Below are positions 12,501 to 25,200 of a DNA stretch of 64,000 nucleotides, in pieces. Position 1 is the first letter of the stretch. Each line of letters begins with the position of its first letter. Both the position numbers and the translations under genes were made by a program. The stretch comes from Phoronis australis (taxonomy: Eukaryota; Animalia; Phoronida), in NCBI GenBank assembly GCA_002633005.1, contig NMRA01000368.1, positions 384,522 to 448,521 of the forward strand. The letters are read 5' to 3'. The notes below the pieces were generated by a model. It ran no database searches. It was given only the letters and a program-made list of their open reading frames with translations, and was not told where the DNA came from.

Positions 12501-15500
12501 TGATTCCTTATCTCTTAAGATTGTTTGGTCAAATTAGTTACAAATACAACATACAGCGACGATATGACTATGAAGTAGGTTGGAAATTGCCAGCAACAAG
12601 TTTTGTGTAGAAAATGATTTGCCATAAATCACTCAAGAGTGTCCAGTAGGTATCGTTGAGGAATAGCACTGCATGATGCGAGTTATGTGAGCCCCCAAGG
12701 TACATCATCAGTGCAAAGGTCACCTATCTGCAGAATTTTTTGTTTTCACATTCACAAGTTGTCAATGAATAAAAACAATTGCACTTTGCTTAGCGTAGAT
12801 GATGTTCAAACAGCATTGCCGTTTAGTTCGTGCTATAAATTAGCGTAGTTAGGGGCTTGGAAATACATCTTTAAGGGGAGACTACTTGCTAAGTGATCCT
12901 TGGGACAAGCTCTATACCAATAGCTGACGTCCAAATTTATAAGGAAGGAATTGCTCATTGAAACTGATCCCAGTCTTAATGAGAAAGAAATTTGTGAGTC
13001 TCCGGCTGCTAAATCAGCATGATGAGTAAACTCTTTTCAATCCACTCCAGAGCGAGATATTACATCCAAGTTAGACAATATCCAATTTAACTGGAGGAAG
13101 GAATGCACAAACTAAACAAACTGTACCGGGGAATTTTGTTAAGCACAGACCGATTGATGCGTGTCCAACTTAACAGGCAGGTTTTACTGTATGATGCATA
13201 ACTTGTACATAGTGCTTAGTTCTGCATTGTAACTCAGTAGTTTTAACAACTTTCACACACACCCTGCTTATCAAATGCTCCATGACAACTTGTTTAAGGC
13301 CTGTGTACAACTTTTCCCCATGTTTGTGCAGCACCATGGTGTATGCATTCCTGTACAGCTCCTCAAAACTTAGGCCACTGTTATTCTTCTTCTGTATTTC
13401 TTGGATGGCATTCTTCAGCAGTGACCATATGTTATTCACATACTTTTCATCCATCGTCATCTGAAAATAATAAGGCAATATAAAATATGTACTTCGTAAA
13501 GTGCCCGGTTTTGTGGTACTCTTCTGTTGCTGTTTGAGTCTCACAATGTAAAGGGAAACAAACATTTACTCGCAAAATCCTAGTAACTGACAAAATCCGT
13601 GAATGTCTAACAACCAACCTGACAGAAGACATTTTTGAAGCACTGCCAAGGTAAAGTAAAAACCAATCCCAAGTTCGTTCAGTTAAATTTGCTTCAAAGA
13701 CAGCTACCAAGATGAAAACATCTTTGAATGCAAAGGGTAATGACTGCTAGGCCTGCAGTGTCCAGACAGTAAGAACATTTCAATAGATTTCTTAAGGTGT
13801 TAAGAGCAAGGATCCTCAACCCATTGACCAGACGTAGGCTGTGGCTGTGGGTTAACAGGTAAAACCTAAAATCAAACCCATAGCAATTACTCAACCAAGA
13901 AGACTTATAAACACAATTAGGGTTATCTAAGTTTATATTTATTAGGCCTAGAGTAAGCCTACTGCAGTTAGCCTGTCTAATAACCTTTTCCCCAACATAA
14001 GTTTACCAGCTTTATTGAACAACAGACAATTGTTATTTAGCACATGACTAGATATATATGACCATTCTATTGAAAAACGAACACTGGAACAGTGATTTAC
14101 TTAAATTCTGCACTGATTTAGTACTTACAGGAAATGCACGAATCCGCATTTTCGTGTCCTTCTTTACTCCAGCTTTGCTCGCCATTTTTCACAGAGGCGA
14201 GTCTAGTACACTTTATACGTAGAATAATGTCACAGATTTCCACACTTATCAATTAAATTCATTAAATCACTCGGTAAGTAGACCACTTTGGAGAAAACTC
14301 AGCTGTTCAGAAAAGAAATTTGAAGAAATGAATTATTTCAATCAACGGTTCTCGCGTCTCATAAGAAAAAGTAAAGATTTTTTCAGCATATTACTTTCAC
14401 TTTCAACAGCCACCGCAATTCCTTGAGGCCCCCATGATCAGGAGTCATTCATGTTTGATTCAAAAGAACAAATTCACAGTTTTGGAAATCGCAGTCCCTT
14501 CAACACAATGATTCCTCCATAGCTCAATTTTGTGTCACTCACAGCAATGTGTAGTTATGCGCTGATAAAAATAGTTCTAGACTGCCAACAATGTTTTCAA
14601 AAATATAAAACAAAACAAAGAATTTCCATTCGCTCTGTCTTTTAGCGGAAGACACAAACTTTTGTGTACTTCCCAATTCTTTTTTAGTAAACAAAAGCAA
14701 TTTAATTGGTGTTTGCGTATTGATTTTTAAATGTTACACGTAACTTTACCACCCATTGATAGGGGTCTCTGCAATGAAAGCAGCAGTGACTCACTTTGGG
14801 AGGTACTGTAACTAGTCGGAGCCGGCCCGGCGGAAACTATATGTTTCCGACTGGAACAACTACCCACCTAATCAGGTAAATCAATACATCACTTGAAATT
14901 GGTGAAAAACTTGGCATTTGCGTTTTGATGCTGCAACCATTCATTTTATGGAANTTTAACTGGAGGAAGGAATGCACAAACTAAACAAACTGTACCGGGA
15001 AATTTTGTTAAGCACAGACCGATTGATGCGTGTCCAACTTAACAGGCAGGTTTTACTGTATGATGCATAACTTGTACATAGTGCTTAGTTCTGCATTGTA
15101 ACTCAGTAGTTTTAACAACCTTCACACACACCCTGCTTATCAAATGCTCCATGACAACTTGTTTAAGGCCTGTGTACAACTTTTCCCCATGTTTGTGCAA
15201 CACCATGGTGTATGCATTCCTGTACAGCTCCTCAAAACTTAGGCCACTGTTATTCTTCTTCTGTATTTCTTGGATGGCATTCTTCAGCAGTGACCATATG
15301 TTATTCACATACTTTTCATCCATCGTCATCTGAAAATAATAAGACAATATAAAATATGTACTTCGTAAAGTGCCCGGTTTTGTGGTACTCTTCTGTTGCT
15401 GTTTGAGTCTCACAATGTAAAGGGAAACAAACATTTACTCACAAAATCCTAGTAACTGACAAAATCCGTGAATGTCTAGTAACAACCAACCTGACAGAAG

Positions 15501-16082
15501 ACATTTTTGAAGCACTGCCAAGGTAAAGTAAAAACCAATCCCAAGTTAGTTCAGTTAGAAATTGCATCACATATTTAATTAAATTTGCTTCAAAGAACGA
15601 CAGCTACCAAGATGAAAACATCTTTGAATGTAAAGGGTAATGACTGCTTGGCCTGCAGTGTCCATGACAGTAAGAACATTTCAATAGATTTCTTAAGGTG
15701 TTAAGAGCAAGGATCCTCAACCCATTGACCAGACGTAGGCTGTGGCTGTGGGTTAACAGGTAAAACCTAAAATCAAACCCATAGCAATTACTCAACCAAG
15801 AAGACTTATAAACACACTTAGGGTTATCTTTATATTTATTAGGCCTAGAGTAAGCCTACTGTAGTTAGCCTGTCTAATGACCTTTTCCCCAACATGAGTT
15901 TACCAGCTTTATTGAACAACAGACAATTGTTATTTAGCACATGACTAGATATATATGACCATTCTATTGAAAAACGAACACTGGAACAATGATTTACTTA
16001 AATTCTGCACTGATTTAGTACTTACAGGAAATGCACGAATCCGCATTTTCGTGTCCTTCTTTACTCCTGCTTTGCTCGCCAT
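283..16082 (-). CDS. CUL3: Cullin-3, multi-exon gene; 3' end lies beyond the left edge of the window
   Basis: Exons (minus strand): 16026-16082 (dup 14129-14185), 15132-15329 (dup 13263-13460), 11818-11931, 11029-11189, 10256-10370, 9513-9741, 8948-9093, 8398-8574, 7337-7507, 4959-5066, 4486-4610, 2508-2733 (dup 283-508). All GT-AG and phase-consistent. Translation begins [71 protein letters not shown] and includes [23 protein letters not shown] and [14 protein letters not shown], all cullin-3 signatures. Confidence 0.97.
1146..2015 (-). mobile_element. Helentron/HINE-like non-autonomous element with internal CTCF-like motif array, copy 1, cut by N
   Basis: End AACAAGAG with CAATGC-aga-GCGTTG stem-loop and subterminal GCGCCCAC; six CCAC(T/C)AG-type motifs at about 150-bp spacing. 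Confidence 0.7.
2508..2733 (-). CDS. CUL3: cul3 coding exon 12, copy B
   Basis: 226 nt, same peptide as 283-508. Confidence 0.92.
3359..4386 (-). mobile_element. Helentron/HINE-like element copy 2, with a duplicated hairpin/microsatellite end
   Basis: AACAAGAG end at 3359; GGAC-rich microsatellite plus CCACATATAAATA(T/G)TGGGCGC hairpin and A-tract at about 3930-4020 and again at 4290-4386. Confidence 0.72.
4486..4610 (-). CDS. CUL3: cul3 coding exon 11
   Basis: 125 nt, [21 protein letters not shown]...AFEAFR. Confidence 0.93.
4959..5066 (-). CDS. CUL3: cul3 coding exon 10
   Basis: 108 nt, [18 protein letters not shown]. Confidence 0.94.
5429..6299 (-). mobile_element. Helentron/HINE-like element copy 3, apparently complete (about 870 bp)
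   Basis: Subterminal inverted GCGCCCAC (near 5454) / GTGGGCGC (near 6284), hairpin ATGCGTCCACATA-taaa-TATGTGGGCGCAT, GGAC microsatellite, A/T-tract flanks, five CTCF-like motifs. Confidence 0.75.
7337..7507 (-). CDS. CUL3: cul3 coding exon 9
   Basis: 171 nt, [57 protein letters not shown]. Confidence 0.96.
8398..8574 (-). CDS. CUL3: cul3 coding exon 8
   Basis: 177 nt, [13 protein letters not shown]...[19 protein letters not shown]. Confidence 0.95.
8948..9093 (-). CDS. CUL3: cul3 coding exon 7
   Basis: 146 nt, [18 protein letters not shown]...AITFVQ. Confidence 0.94.
9513..9741 (-). CDS. CUL3: cul3 coding exon 6 (not in ORF track)
   Basis: 229 nt, [41 protein letters not shown]. Confidence 0.94.
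9843..10030. repeat. Small degenerate MITE-like inverted repeat
   Basis: ACAGGATAAGCCAAAAACAAAGCGCAATTA ... TAATGGCGTTTGACTTTGGCTATCCTTGT. Confidence 0.45.
10256..10370 (-). CDS. CUL3: cul3 coding exon 5
   Basis: 115 nt, [38 protein letters not shown]. Confidence 0.94.
11029..11189 (-). CDS. CUL3: cul3 coding exon 4
   Basis: 161 nt, [27 protein letters not shown]...ERKGEVVD. Confidence 0.94.
11818..11931 (-). CDS. CUL3: cul3 coding exon 3
   Basis: 114 nt, [38 protein letters not shown]. Confidence 0.95.
13263..13460 (-). CDS. CUL3: cul3 coding exon 2, copy A
   Basis: 198 nt, MTMDEKYV...EHLISR. Confidence 0.93.
14129..14185 (-). CDS. CUL3: cul3 coding exon 1, copy A
   Basis: 57 nt, [19 protein letters not shown] then GTAAG donor. 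Confidence 0.9.
15132..15329 (-). CDS. CUL3: cul3 coding exon 2, copy B
   Basis: 198 nt, same peptide as copy A. Confidence 0.93.
16026..16082 (-). CDS. CUL3: cul3 coding exon 1, copy B
   Basis: 57 nt from AAAATGG start; likely splice acceptor TTTCTTTTCTGAACAG at 16200-16215 implies an upstream non-coding exon. Confidence 0.9.
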
Positions 16083-17239
16083 TTTTCACAGAGGCGAGTC
16101 TAGTACACTTTATACGTAGAATAATGTCACAGATTTCCACACTTATCAATCAAATTCATTAAATCACTCGGTAAGTAGACCACTTTATAGAAAACTCAGC
16201 TGTTCAGAAAAGAAATTTGAAGAAATGAATTATTTCAATCAACGGTTCTCGCGTCTCATAAGAAAAAGTAAAGATTTTTTCAGCATATTACTTTCACTTT
16301 CAACAGCCACCGCAATTCCTTGAGGCCCCCATGATCAGGAGTCATTCATGTTTGATTCAAAAGAACAAATTCACAGTTTTGGAAATCGCAGTCCCTTCAA
16401 CACAATGATTCCTCCATAGCTCAATTTTGTGTCACTCACAGCAATGTGTAGTTATGCGCTGATAAAAATAGTTCTAGACTGCCAACAATTTTTTCAAAAA
16501 TATAAAACAAAACAAGGAATTTCCATTCGCTCTGTCTTTTAGCGGAATACACAAACTTTTGTGTACTTACCAGTTCTTTTTTAGTAAACAAAAGCAATTT
16601 AATTGGTGTTTGCGTATTGATTTTTAAATGTTACACGTAACTTTACCACCCATTGATAGGGGTCTCTGCAATGAAAGCAGCAGTGACTCACTTTGGGAGG
16701 TACTGTAACTAGTCGGAGCCGGCCCGGCGGAAACTATATGTTTCCGACTGGAACAACTACCCACCTAATCAGGTAAATCAATACATCACTTGAAATTGGT
16801 GAAAAACTTGGCATTTGCGTTTTGATGCTGCAACCATTCATTTTATGGAAATCTCGATCTATTTTAAGACAGGGCCATGAGCTGAGTCAGGTCACTTAAG
16901 TGGAAGATCTATTAGAACTCAGGGATATGCTATAATTAGCGCACTCAAAAGGGGCATTCGCGACAAATGGACAAGGACAAACTCTGAAATGTTATGAAAG
17001 CGACTTATATTTTTCCTGCATTTTAAAATGATGATTGCAGTCATGCATGTACGTACGTGCGCAACTCCGTGCTATGTGAATGTAGAATGATTATTTTTTA
17101 TATATTTTCAACACCAGATAATATTAGGCAACTTTATGCAAACTTTAAAGTGAAATGTAAATCGTTTAGATTTCTAAATGATATCGCTGAAACCAACATT
17201 TACCCGATGATATCCAAACTTCGTGAGCCCGCGAAAACT

Positions 17240-19030
17240 CAAAGAACAATAAAGCAAGTCATGAAGACGACATAGTTTTGACCCGGCGTCGTCTTCTTTT
17301 TTCTAACTGTTAGGCCAGCAGCATGTAGACCAATTAGTGTTACATCCGGGCGTATATTTCCACCTCGTTACGTTTATGATATTTGAGAAATACGTACAGT
17401 TTTTGGTTCCGAATTGACGCTCAAGCAAGTCAGTCAACGATCTAGTGCGGACTGTTAGTCCCCGGGAGCCTGAGTATCAAGGCTCTTGGTAGACAGATAA
17501 AACTTTACTGATTTGAATATGTTGTCCGTCTATTGGAAGACTGGCTTACCGATCGAGCCACAACGAAAGCGAAGGGGGTCCACTCGTGACGTTTGATAAT
17601 TGAATACTACTAATGCAAGGCTGCCAACGCGGCCGAGAAGGCCTAATTCAGAGTCGATTTTCGTTTTTAACCAGCTTAACAGTGGCAAATGGAGCTTTAA
17701 GTGGTATATATTACGAATAGTTGTTTTCTATGCACATAAATGTAAATGTAAATGTAAATACGGACTTAGCTATTCGTTGTCAGTGGCAAGTGTGAATGAC
17801 TATCCTAAGTTCCTTGGTTTGAAAATATTATCATAACATATTAATTCAATTGTGAGTTTCCTTCAATTCAAAAAATATTTGATTTGTGTTATATTCTGTT
17901 ATTTATAATGTACCTGGATATAACTATTCCCAGCCTAAGTTTCTGGGTTGTCAAATTAACGGGTTCAAAACGGAAAAAATAAAGAAAAAAATATTGAAAG
18001 AAAATTTATTAGAGTGGAGAGGCGGAAATAAAAAGTGACTTTGTTTCAATTTGAATGTGCATGAGTTTGTAATTTTACTGTGACAGGCATGCCAAGAAAG
18101 AGCCGTCTGAGTCACCCAACTTTGATCGGCTTGCCTTGATTCCACTCTATAGGCCTATCTATGATAGCTGCACGGCCCTAGCTCCCGGCCACGGCTAGTG
18201 GCGCGTACTGCCGGACTGCTCGAGGACGGACCAACCATACACCCAGATATTATTCCCTGCCCGCGGTACCAAGTTCCCCGGCATATAGACCGTATCAAAC
18301 ACATCTATTGAGCTATTTTCGAAATCATTATTTTGAACTCGCAAAATAATTAATTCCGGCCAAGTATATCATCTACCGTGCGCCGAGCCTTCAGTACACC
18401 GGACAATTGCACCCGTCATGAACTGGTACATACGCGGAACAAATTACACAGTACAGATGGGCGGACTCAGTAGAACAGAATTTGAAATTTCCCGAACTGT
18501 CTCCTTCACAGATCCTTTAGCGGGTTCACAGGCACGACATCAGACCAGTGACGTCAGAGTGACTGTGCCTGACCCTCTGATTAACTGAAGCCGCAGTGAC
18601 TGGGCTGGCCAGCGGAGGGGCCGGTGATCAGGGCAGTCAATACCAGTGAAATTGACTTGTTACATCTCATAAAGTTTTAGACCTCTTCATCAACAAATAT
18701 ATATTGTCAGAGAAGCACACGAATCAAATAAGTTCAATTAATCTGGTATGAGTTCAAACTGAAAGGGATTTTAAACAAGACTATTGAGCGAAACACCTAT
18801 CCACAACACGGCACCGCTCGGGGCGCTGCAGTCATAACGGATACCACGTGACAATCACCATCGCCACAAGAAGCTCAAACTTGTTGAGTGAGCTTTTCAA
18901 CTCATAACTTACAAGTAATTGACAAATACCTACATTATAAGGAGATTCATCAATAATGCTGTGATGTGCTTATAGTTGTATCTTACCAGAGATTTGATTC
19001 ACGCTTTGCTGTAACTGTTTGCAGGTAAGG
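17240..19030. promoter_or_regulatory. Candidate divergent promoter region between cul3 and the ERICH6-like gene
   Basis: CpG-enriched blocks (about 17240-17650 and 18170-18650), TGACGTCA at 18549, CACGTGAC at 18845, minus-strand donor GTAAGC at 17549, plus-strand donor CAG|GTAAGG at 19025. Confidence 0.35.
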
Positions 19031-19561
19031 ATTATGTGTTTATTCGAAAAATTGAATTTACATTTACTGAACTGAGACTGAGTCTCACTGTCAAGTTGTT
19101 GCAGCCCAAACTGATGCCGTGCACCAAACTGATTTGGCACACTTCAGTTTGTCACGGGTTGGTGAACCAAACTGAGGCCTCTGCCAAACTGAAGCTGCCG
19201 TGACTTCCCAAAATTTTGCAAGTGTATAGTTCGTTGATTTCTTGATGCTGAGCAGCTAGAAACTGGCAATGGAAATGAGTCTTTACGCACCCACGCAGTG
19301 CCGTAGTGGAATGAGTATCTCTATTGACTGGTAGGATAGTCGGCATACAGCTGTGTCGTTATCAATTTGACTGTAGCAAACCAATGTTTACATAGTCTAG
19401 CTCTCTTATTGTCTGCGTAATCCAGCAAATGTTGTAAACAACGCCTGCCTGACGCTAATCGATATTTTTGCAAACGATTTTCAACAAATGTCGTGAGGCA
19501 GATTTGTTTTGTATGAAATACTTTCACCAAGAACTTCAAATGGCGAAAAATATGTTGTATT

Positions 19562-19703
19562 CAGTGGCGGATTTAGAGGGGCCAAGGAGCCCATGACCCC
19601 TCCTAAAATTCTCCCAGATTCTAGCTGGCACTTCAAGGTTGCGAATGTCGGATGGGCAAAATCCTGGCTACTACTCTGCCGTGCCCNCCTGGACCCGCCC
19701 CTG
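19562..19703. mobile_element. Short GC-rich MITE, CAGTGGCGGAT-ended family
   Basis: CAGTGGCGGATTTAGAGGGG ... CTGGACCCGCCCCTG; relatives at 21534-21846, about 39085-39152, 62333-62425, 63278-63396. Confidence 0.65.
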
Positions 19704-20720
19704 ATATTACTGCAGGTTCAATAGCTAGGCCCGTAGAAGTACTCACCAGTTGAAACACAGCTACTCAAGCTTGAAAGAACCCAATCGAGGTGCATGTTGA
19801 CACACTGCCAGCAGTATAAATAAAAGAAACATCCAGGGAAACTGACAAATCACAAGAGACCACAGAAAGATCAAAGTCAAATGATGTTGATGATTACAAC
19901 AAACGGTTGACATTCAGAGAAATTAGACTTAACTTTCACCTATCGACTTCTCTGTGTGACTGTAAGCTCAGACCAGCTTAACCACAGTGACTATTAAAAA
20001 AACGACTGGTTCAGAAGGGGTGTAAACAACTTCAGCTCTCCATGAGCGCATTGAGAGACCCTCTTTAAATAAAAGAGGCGGTTTAAGATTCAATTTGCCA
20101 TACGTATGGAATGGTGTTTTGATGTCAATGCCGCGCTGTCTGGTCAAAACGCCACCAATTGGCCAGAATAACAATAACGTCACAAGCCCAACTGAAGTCC
20201 ATGAGATGCGGATGCAACATCGCTAATTTTTGTGAGTCGCTATTCCAGTATTAGACTCTATTTGTTTTCTCAACTGGATGTCTCAAAATTTTCATGCTTT
20301 TACCATAGTGAGTATTGTGTAGTAACACCAAAGGCGTGCTTGAAAAGTTTAATCGAGTGGGATTCTAGGTTAAATCATGATAATGGAAATTTCTTGATTT
20401 TTACACTGCAGGAGAATGGTATGTAATGGCTCACGTATGAAGGTCATATGCTGGATTTATCACATGGGGGAAGTGTATTGCTAAACTGTTATGCTCCACG
20501 CCTCACTCATTGCTGGAAATTTTAGATCTGTTAACTGAAAAAAAAACATTAGCAGTAATATGGGAACTTATATTTAAGCTTTAGTTTGGTCCACTTTGGG
20601 CTGCAACAATGTCAAGCCTTAAGTCAAACATCTATTTGTCACCAGTACATAAATATAATTATGTGTACTTAAGCAGGCCAAATCCAGGCTGACTTTCAGT
20701 GGTGACGGATTCAATCATAA

Positions 20721-20967
20721 ACAATTTCTAAGAACGGGTCCAACAAACCACGACCAGTCATTCTTCTACTTGCATTGTCCATTGCCTGGTGTTGTGTTGT
20801 CATACAGTTAATGCATGTCAAGGTGGTCAGATAGGGAGTAGGGAGCCTTTCATGTTTCATATTGAATTTGATAAGAACTTACTGGAGCAGTACATTTTAA
20901 GGACTATCTAGAAAAATAATAACTATTCGTGGATTGTTGGACCCTTGTTTCTTCCTTGGAAATTTGT
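20721..20967. repeat. MITE-like element with about 30-bp inverted ends
   Basis: GGGTCCAACAAACCACGA ... TCGTGGATTGTTGGACCC. Confidence 0.5.
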
Positions 20968-21533
20968 GCAGATTTTTGTTTGATAAAGATGCCTGAAACT
21001 GGGCACATCTCAACTACTGGACTGACAAGGCAGGGAGACCTGTGGTTTTACTGGTTAGAATATTCTGACTCTCAAAAAGTACTAGGTGTTGTAATGTGAC
21101 ATTTTTTGACTTCCAGGTGAGACACACAATCGTCTAAAGACTTACCAAATTGCCATCAATAGGCACAAATTGCCTCGTGGCCTGACAGTTTGGACCCTTG
21201 ACTCGCATACAAATTGTCCAGGGTTCAGTGCTGACTGTCAACAGGTGGATTTTACAACACACTAGATTACACTTGCAGTTAGTCGCACTCTTTCAGCTGT
21301 TTACATTTTCTGATTCCAAAACCAAAATGTGTATTTGTGTACTAATTGTACGGACCGATTTCTTCTTGCCTTTGCTAAAACATCAATAAGTTCTTGTTGA
21401 GGTATTAGGGTCAATATTATTGACCTCAAAAATTCATGGCGGCCTTAACTGTATAAACTTCTCATTTTATCTAGTGATAGAAAGGAAGTTTTTCAGTGCA
21501 GAAAGCAGTGGCAGTAATATTTCAGTAGTTGAC

Positions 21534-21846
21534 CAGGGTTGGATCCAGGATTTTGAGTTGGGGGGGCAGGGCACAGTAATAACCAGAATTTCGCCACAAG
21601 CGTGCGCCCAGCCTAAAATGTAGGGATGCAGTGGTCTCGAATTTTTGGATTTGTGAACCTTAATGCTAAAAAAATGGTAATCGGGGTTTATTCAAGGCCT
21701 ATGCATTGTGCATTTGACCCCCAACCCCCCTTGTTTGCGCGCATATGCTAGTCAGCAATTTGACCCCGAACAGCTAAATGGTATCTGGGAGAATTTTAGG
21801 GGAGGGCATGGCCCCCTTGCCCTCCCCTCCCCTAAATCTGCCACTG
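21534..21846. mobile_element. GC-rich MITE just upstream of the first ERICH6-like coding exon
   Basis: CAGGGTTGGATCCAGG ... CCTAAATCTGCCACTG flanked by TTGAC direct repeats. Confidence 0.65.
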
Positions 21847-21914
21847 TTGACGATATCCAATTGATGACATGCTTTCAATTGTATTTTCACTGTAGGTTTC
21901 CTAGTGGACTCAAC

Positions 21915-22257
21915 ATGTCGAGAAATTCAGACGACAGCTCTCTTGAGAGTATGTCGGACACTGAGGAAGTTGGACGTCCCAATGATGTTCGGCCGCCTTC
22001 ACACGTGGAAACGGGAAGAACTAGTCAAACAATGCCACCACTGAGGACAGGGCGCAATACGCCATTGAGTGACAGAATGTCTGTGGGAAGTAGGGACAAC
22101 TCAGCAAATCTCAACAGGCACGAGCCATTGCCACCAATTCGTTCTACAGCGTCTGCTCATGGTGCCGACGATGATGAGTTACCAAGTGATGAGTCTTCAG
22201 ATGAGCTGGAAAAAGTCAGTGCAGCAATGGATGATTTCAACGACCAAATTGTTTCAG
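21915..22257 (+). CDS. ERICH6: ERICH6-like coding exon 1
   Basis: Acceptor TAG at 21895, CAACATGT start, MSRNSDDSSLESMSD..., GTAATC donor. Confidence 0.78.
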
Positions 22258-25200
22258 GTAATCAGTGTTTTAGTTCAGTTACTTATTTCGTTCTTATCAT
22301 GTTCAATCTTTACCAGGACAATCTGCATGAATTTGTTAGAAAACGAGGTGTTGTGTCCAAACTGCACTGGTTCTGCATGTTTGGAGCACACGCTCTTTCA
22401 CTTTTGCGTTGTTAAAGTTGAGACATTGTGTCCTAAACATCAGTGCACAAGGATCATTGTTGCAGCACGACTAATGTGTGCAAGGGGTGAATAGAACACT
22501 CATTTGTCTGCTTTAGAGTGAAGGTAATACCAGGACTTCATACATTACTTTTATTAACATTAATGTCTTCTTGGTAATATTAAATAACTTACAGTTTGAC
22601 TATTCTCAGAACATCAGATCTCAGAAATGAACATATTAGGAAATAAAACCTTTGGATACAAAATGTGTTTAAAATTGGTTTCTATAAATTAAAATTCCTG
22701 ATTTGTTGGATAAGACGTTTTCTATTTTTACTGGCTGTTACTGAAACGACCTAGTCACATGACCAAACCTATGGCTGGTTGAAACTCAGTCAATTTTGTT
22801 CCTGAGCAGAGGGAGTTTTCAATCAATTGTCTATGCAATTGCTCACCAATGCATACTGGCTGTTGAAAAGTAAACCAAAGAAAATGTACTACTAGTTGCG
22901 AATGGTGTAGAGAAGGTGTGCATCTTTTAGAAGAGGCATTATGGTCCAGTTTCTGGTTTCTTGGCTCGAAGTTGTGGCTTTGAGCCCCACTGGGGCACAC
23001 TGCTGGACCCTTGAGTCAGATCTCTACTCCTCAGCTGTGTTTTAACTATGTAATTAACAAAGCATAAGAATGGTTCTTGGTAATCAATGAAATGAGCCCA
23101 ACTGAACAGTCTGCATACTGGTGGCACAACATCTATCAGACAGCATGCAAAATAAGTTATTTTTGTGCTTCTTTAAACTCTAATCTTATAACATATTGTG
23201 TGTGAGTAGGCCTATAGTTTGCACAGACTTCACCATGGTCCCCAAGGACTGTCTATTAAGTCAATGCAGTTTTTGCTTGATTCAGTTTCAGAGTTTAACG
23301 ATCACCATCTGCACCATCAATCTTCCGCCACGTCTGCAGGTCAGCGAGAGGTGACCACAGGACTCGCCAGTGATGGACGAGAGATAGAGATGATCTCTAT
23401 TGACATTCAAACTGAGGTTAATATGGCTGCCACACCAGATGTCGTCCAAGGCATCAAAACAGGTAAGGTCCTTGATTTACTGTCCCTGACCACATGATGA
23501 GCTCCATGTCATTTACTGTCCGCCTTTATGAGTTTCTTTCACACTTCATCAAATAACTGTTTAATTGCCCATTTTTAACCTTTAATTATTGAAGAATCTG
23601 TCCAGAAACGTTTTCACAATTGTGACTGCCATTTTTTTGTGAAAATAAATGTTTTGCTTTCAACATGAATTTCAAAAACTAAGGTGTTGATGACTTTGTG
23701 TTTGTACTATGTGGCAATATGTAGGGAACCATGTTGCAGATTTTTCTTTGATGTAAATCAACCCACGCACTGAAGAGAAACTGTCGTTGAAATCAGCGAA
23801 AAAGGTCGAAAATTTGAAGGCCTGTACTAATGCAATTTTGTTTTGTAAATTTGAAGTTCAAAAAGTACATTTCAGGACATTTAAAGCACGTGTGTTGAAA
23901 TGAAGGGATTCGCAATGAAATATACTGACTGAAAGATGGAATGTTAGTGTTCTATTTGATTGTGTGTTTTTTCCACTTTCAGAAATCAAAAGTGGCAGGC
24001 AGATCATTTCAAGGATTGGATCGTCGCAAGCCCAAGATGCAGCACCCTTAGGTATTATTTTACAAGTTTTGACTCTTGTTTATACAAAAATATGGACTGT
24101 AATTACTCCATAGAGATATTTGTGTTGCTTAGAGAGTCCGTGTAGATGAGAAAAAATGCTCATTTGTTTGATAGAAATTCTTTTAAGGTGAAAATTAATT
24201 ATTTCTGAATGGCACTGTGCATTTTTGGGCATTCTGTAACGGTCCTTTTGGTCTCGTGCATGACTTTTCCCACCTTGCGGTGCTTCCAAAGCCTCAAACT
24301 CATGACCAAGACCATTTGCAGAATGTGCGAAATGTAATGCCATCAAATGCCAAATTGGTTGTAAGTGAATGAATTTCTTCTTCTTTCTCCTGAAAGTCAG
24401 TTTTACCAGCCACCTGTTGTATCATGTGAATTGAATTTGATGGATTTTACAGCAGCAGCCTAAGATAGTAGTCTGTAGTTATATTACTGCAACTCAATTA
24501 AATTGAGTGACAATGATACTAGCTTTTATTTGCATTGAACATACTGACAAGGTGTGGCTAACTGTTAGCTAGGAAGACAGCAATAGTAACTTACGGGGTT
24601 ACTGGATTTTGAGAACCAGTTTAGTGCCAGTTATTCAGTGGATAAAATTGTTTCTTAAAATGTTTGACACCCTGTAATTGACTTACTTGAGCTACATGAA
24701 TCTACTGTGGGCCCTAACTGACCAAACTCTGATTCGTTTTAATTGCTTTTTTCCTTCTGTAGAAGACGCATCTGAAAATAAATTAGACGCGTTTTCTGAG
24801 GATAAGACACAGGCAGATGAGACATCAAGCATGCCGTGGCCTCCTAGAGATGATGAGTTTGGTGTTCCTTTGTTGGAACTGAGCAGTGATTCTGAGGTAA
24901 CACTTGAATGAATGTATAAAAAATGATAACACGAAAGTACATTTTGTCGCTATTTTTGATGGAAATACAGAAATTTTTCACTTCGGAATCTTTTTCAATT
25001 AACTACACAATTTGAAATTCAATTCTCTCAACTGTTATAAAAAAATTTTGTGTCATTGTCTACATTGTTTGTACTCTGCACGTGATATAAAGCAATAAAA
25101 ATGTTTCGCCAATTTACAACAAGGTAATTATTTTTATGCAAAAGTTCTGACACTCCTATGTTCTCAGTGTTTTTTTTTTATTTTTTTAATTTTTAATGCA

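Larger units (their letters stand above)
13086..16850. repeat. Tandem 1.9-kb duplication across the N at 14954 (13086-14953 vs 14955-16850), probable uncollapsed haplotypes
   Basis: Both copies begin TTTAACTGGAGGAAGG and end CATTTTATGGAA; few SNPs and indels; each holds cul3 coding exons 1 and 2. Confidence 0.9.
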
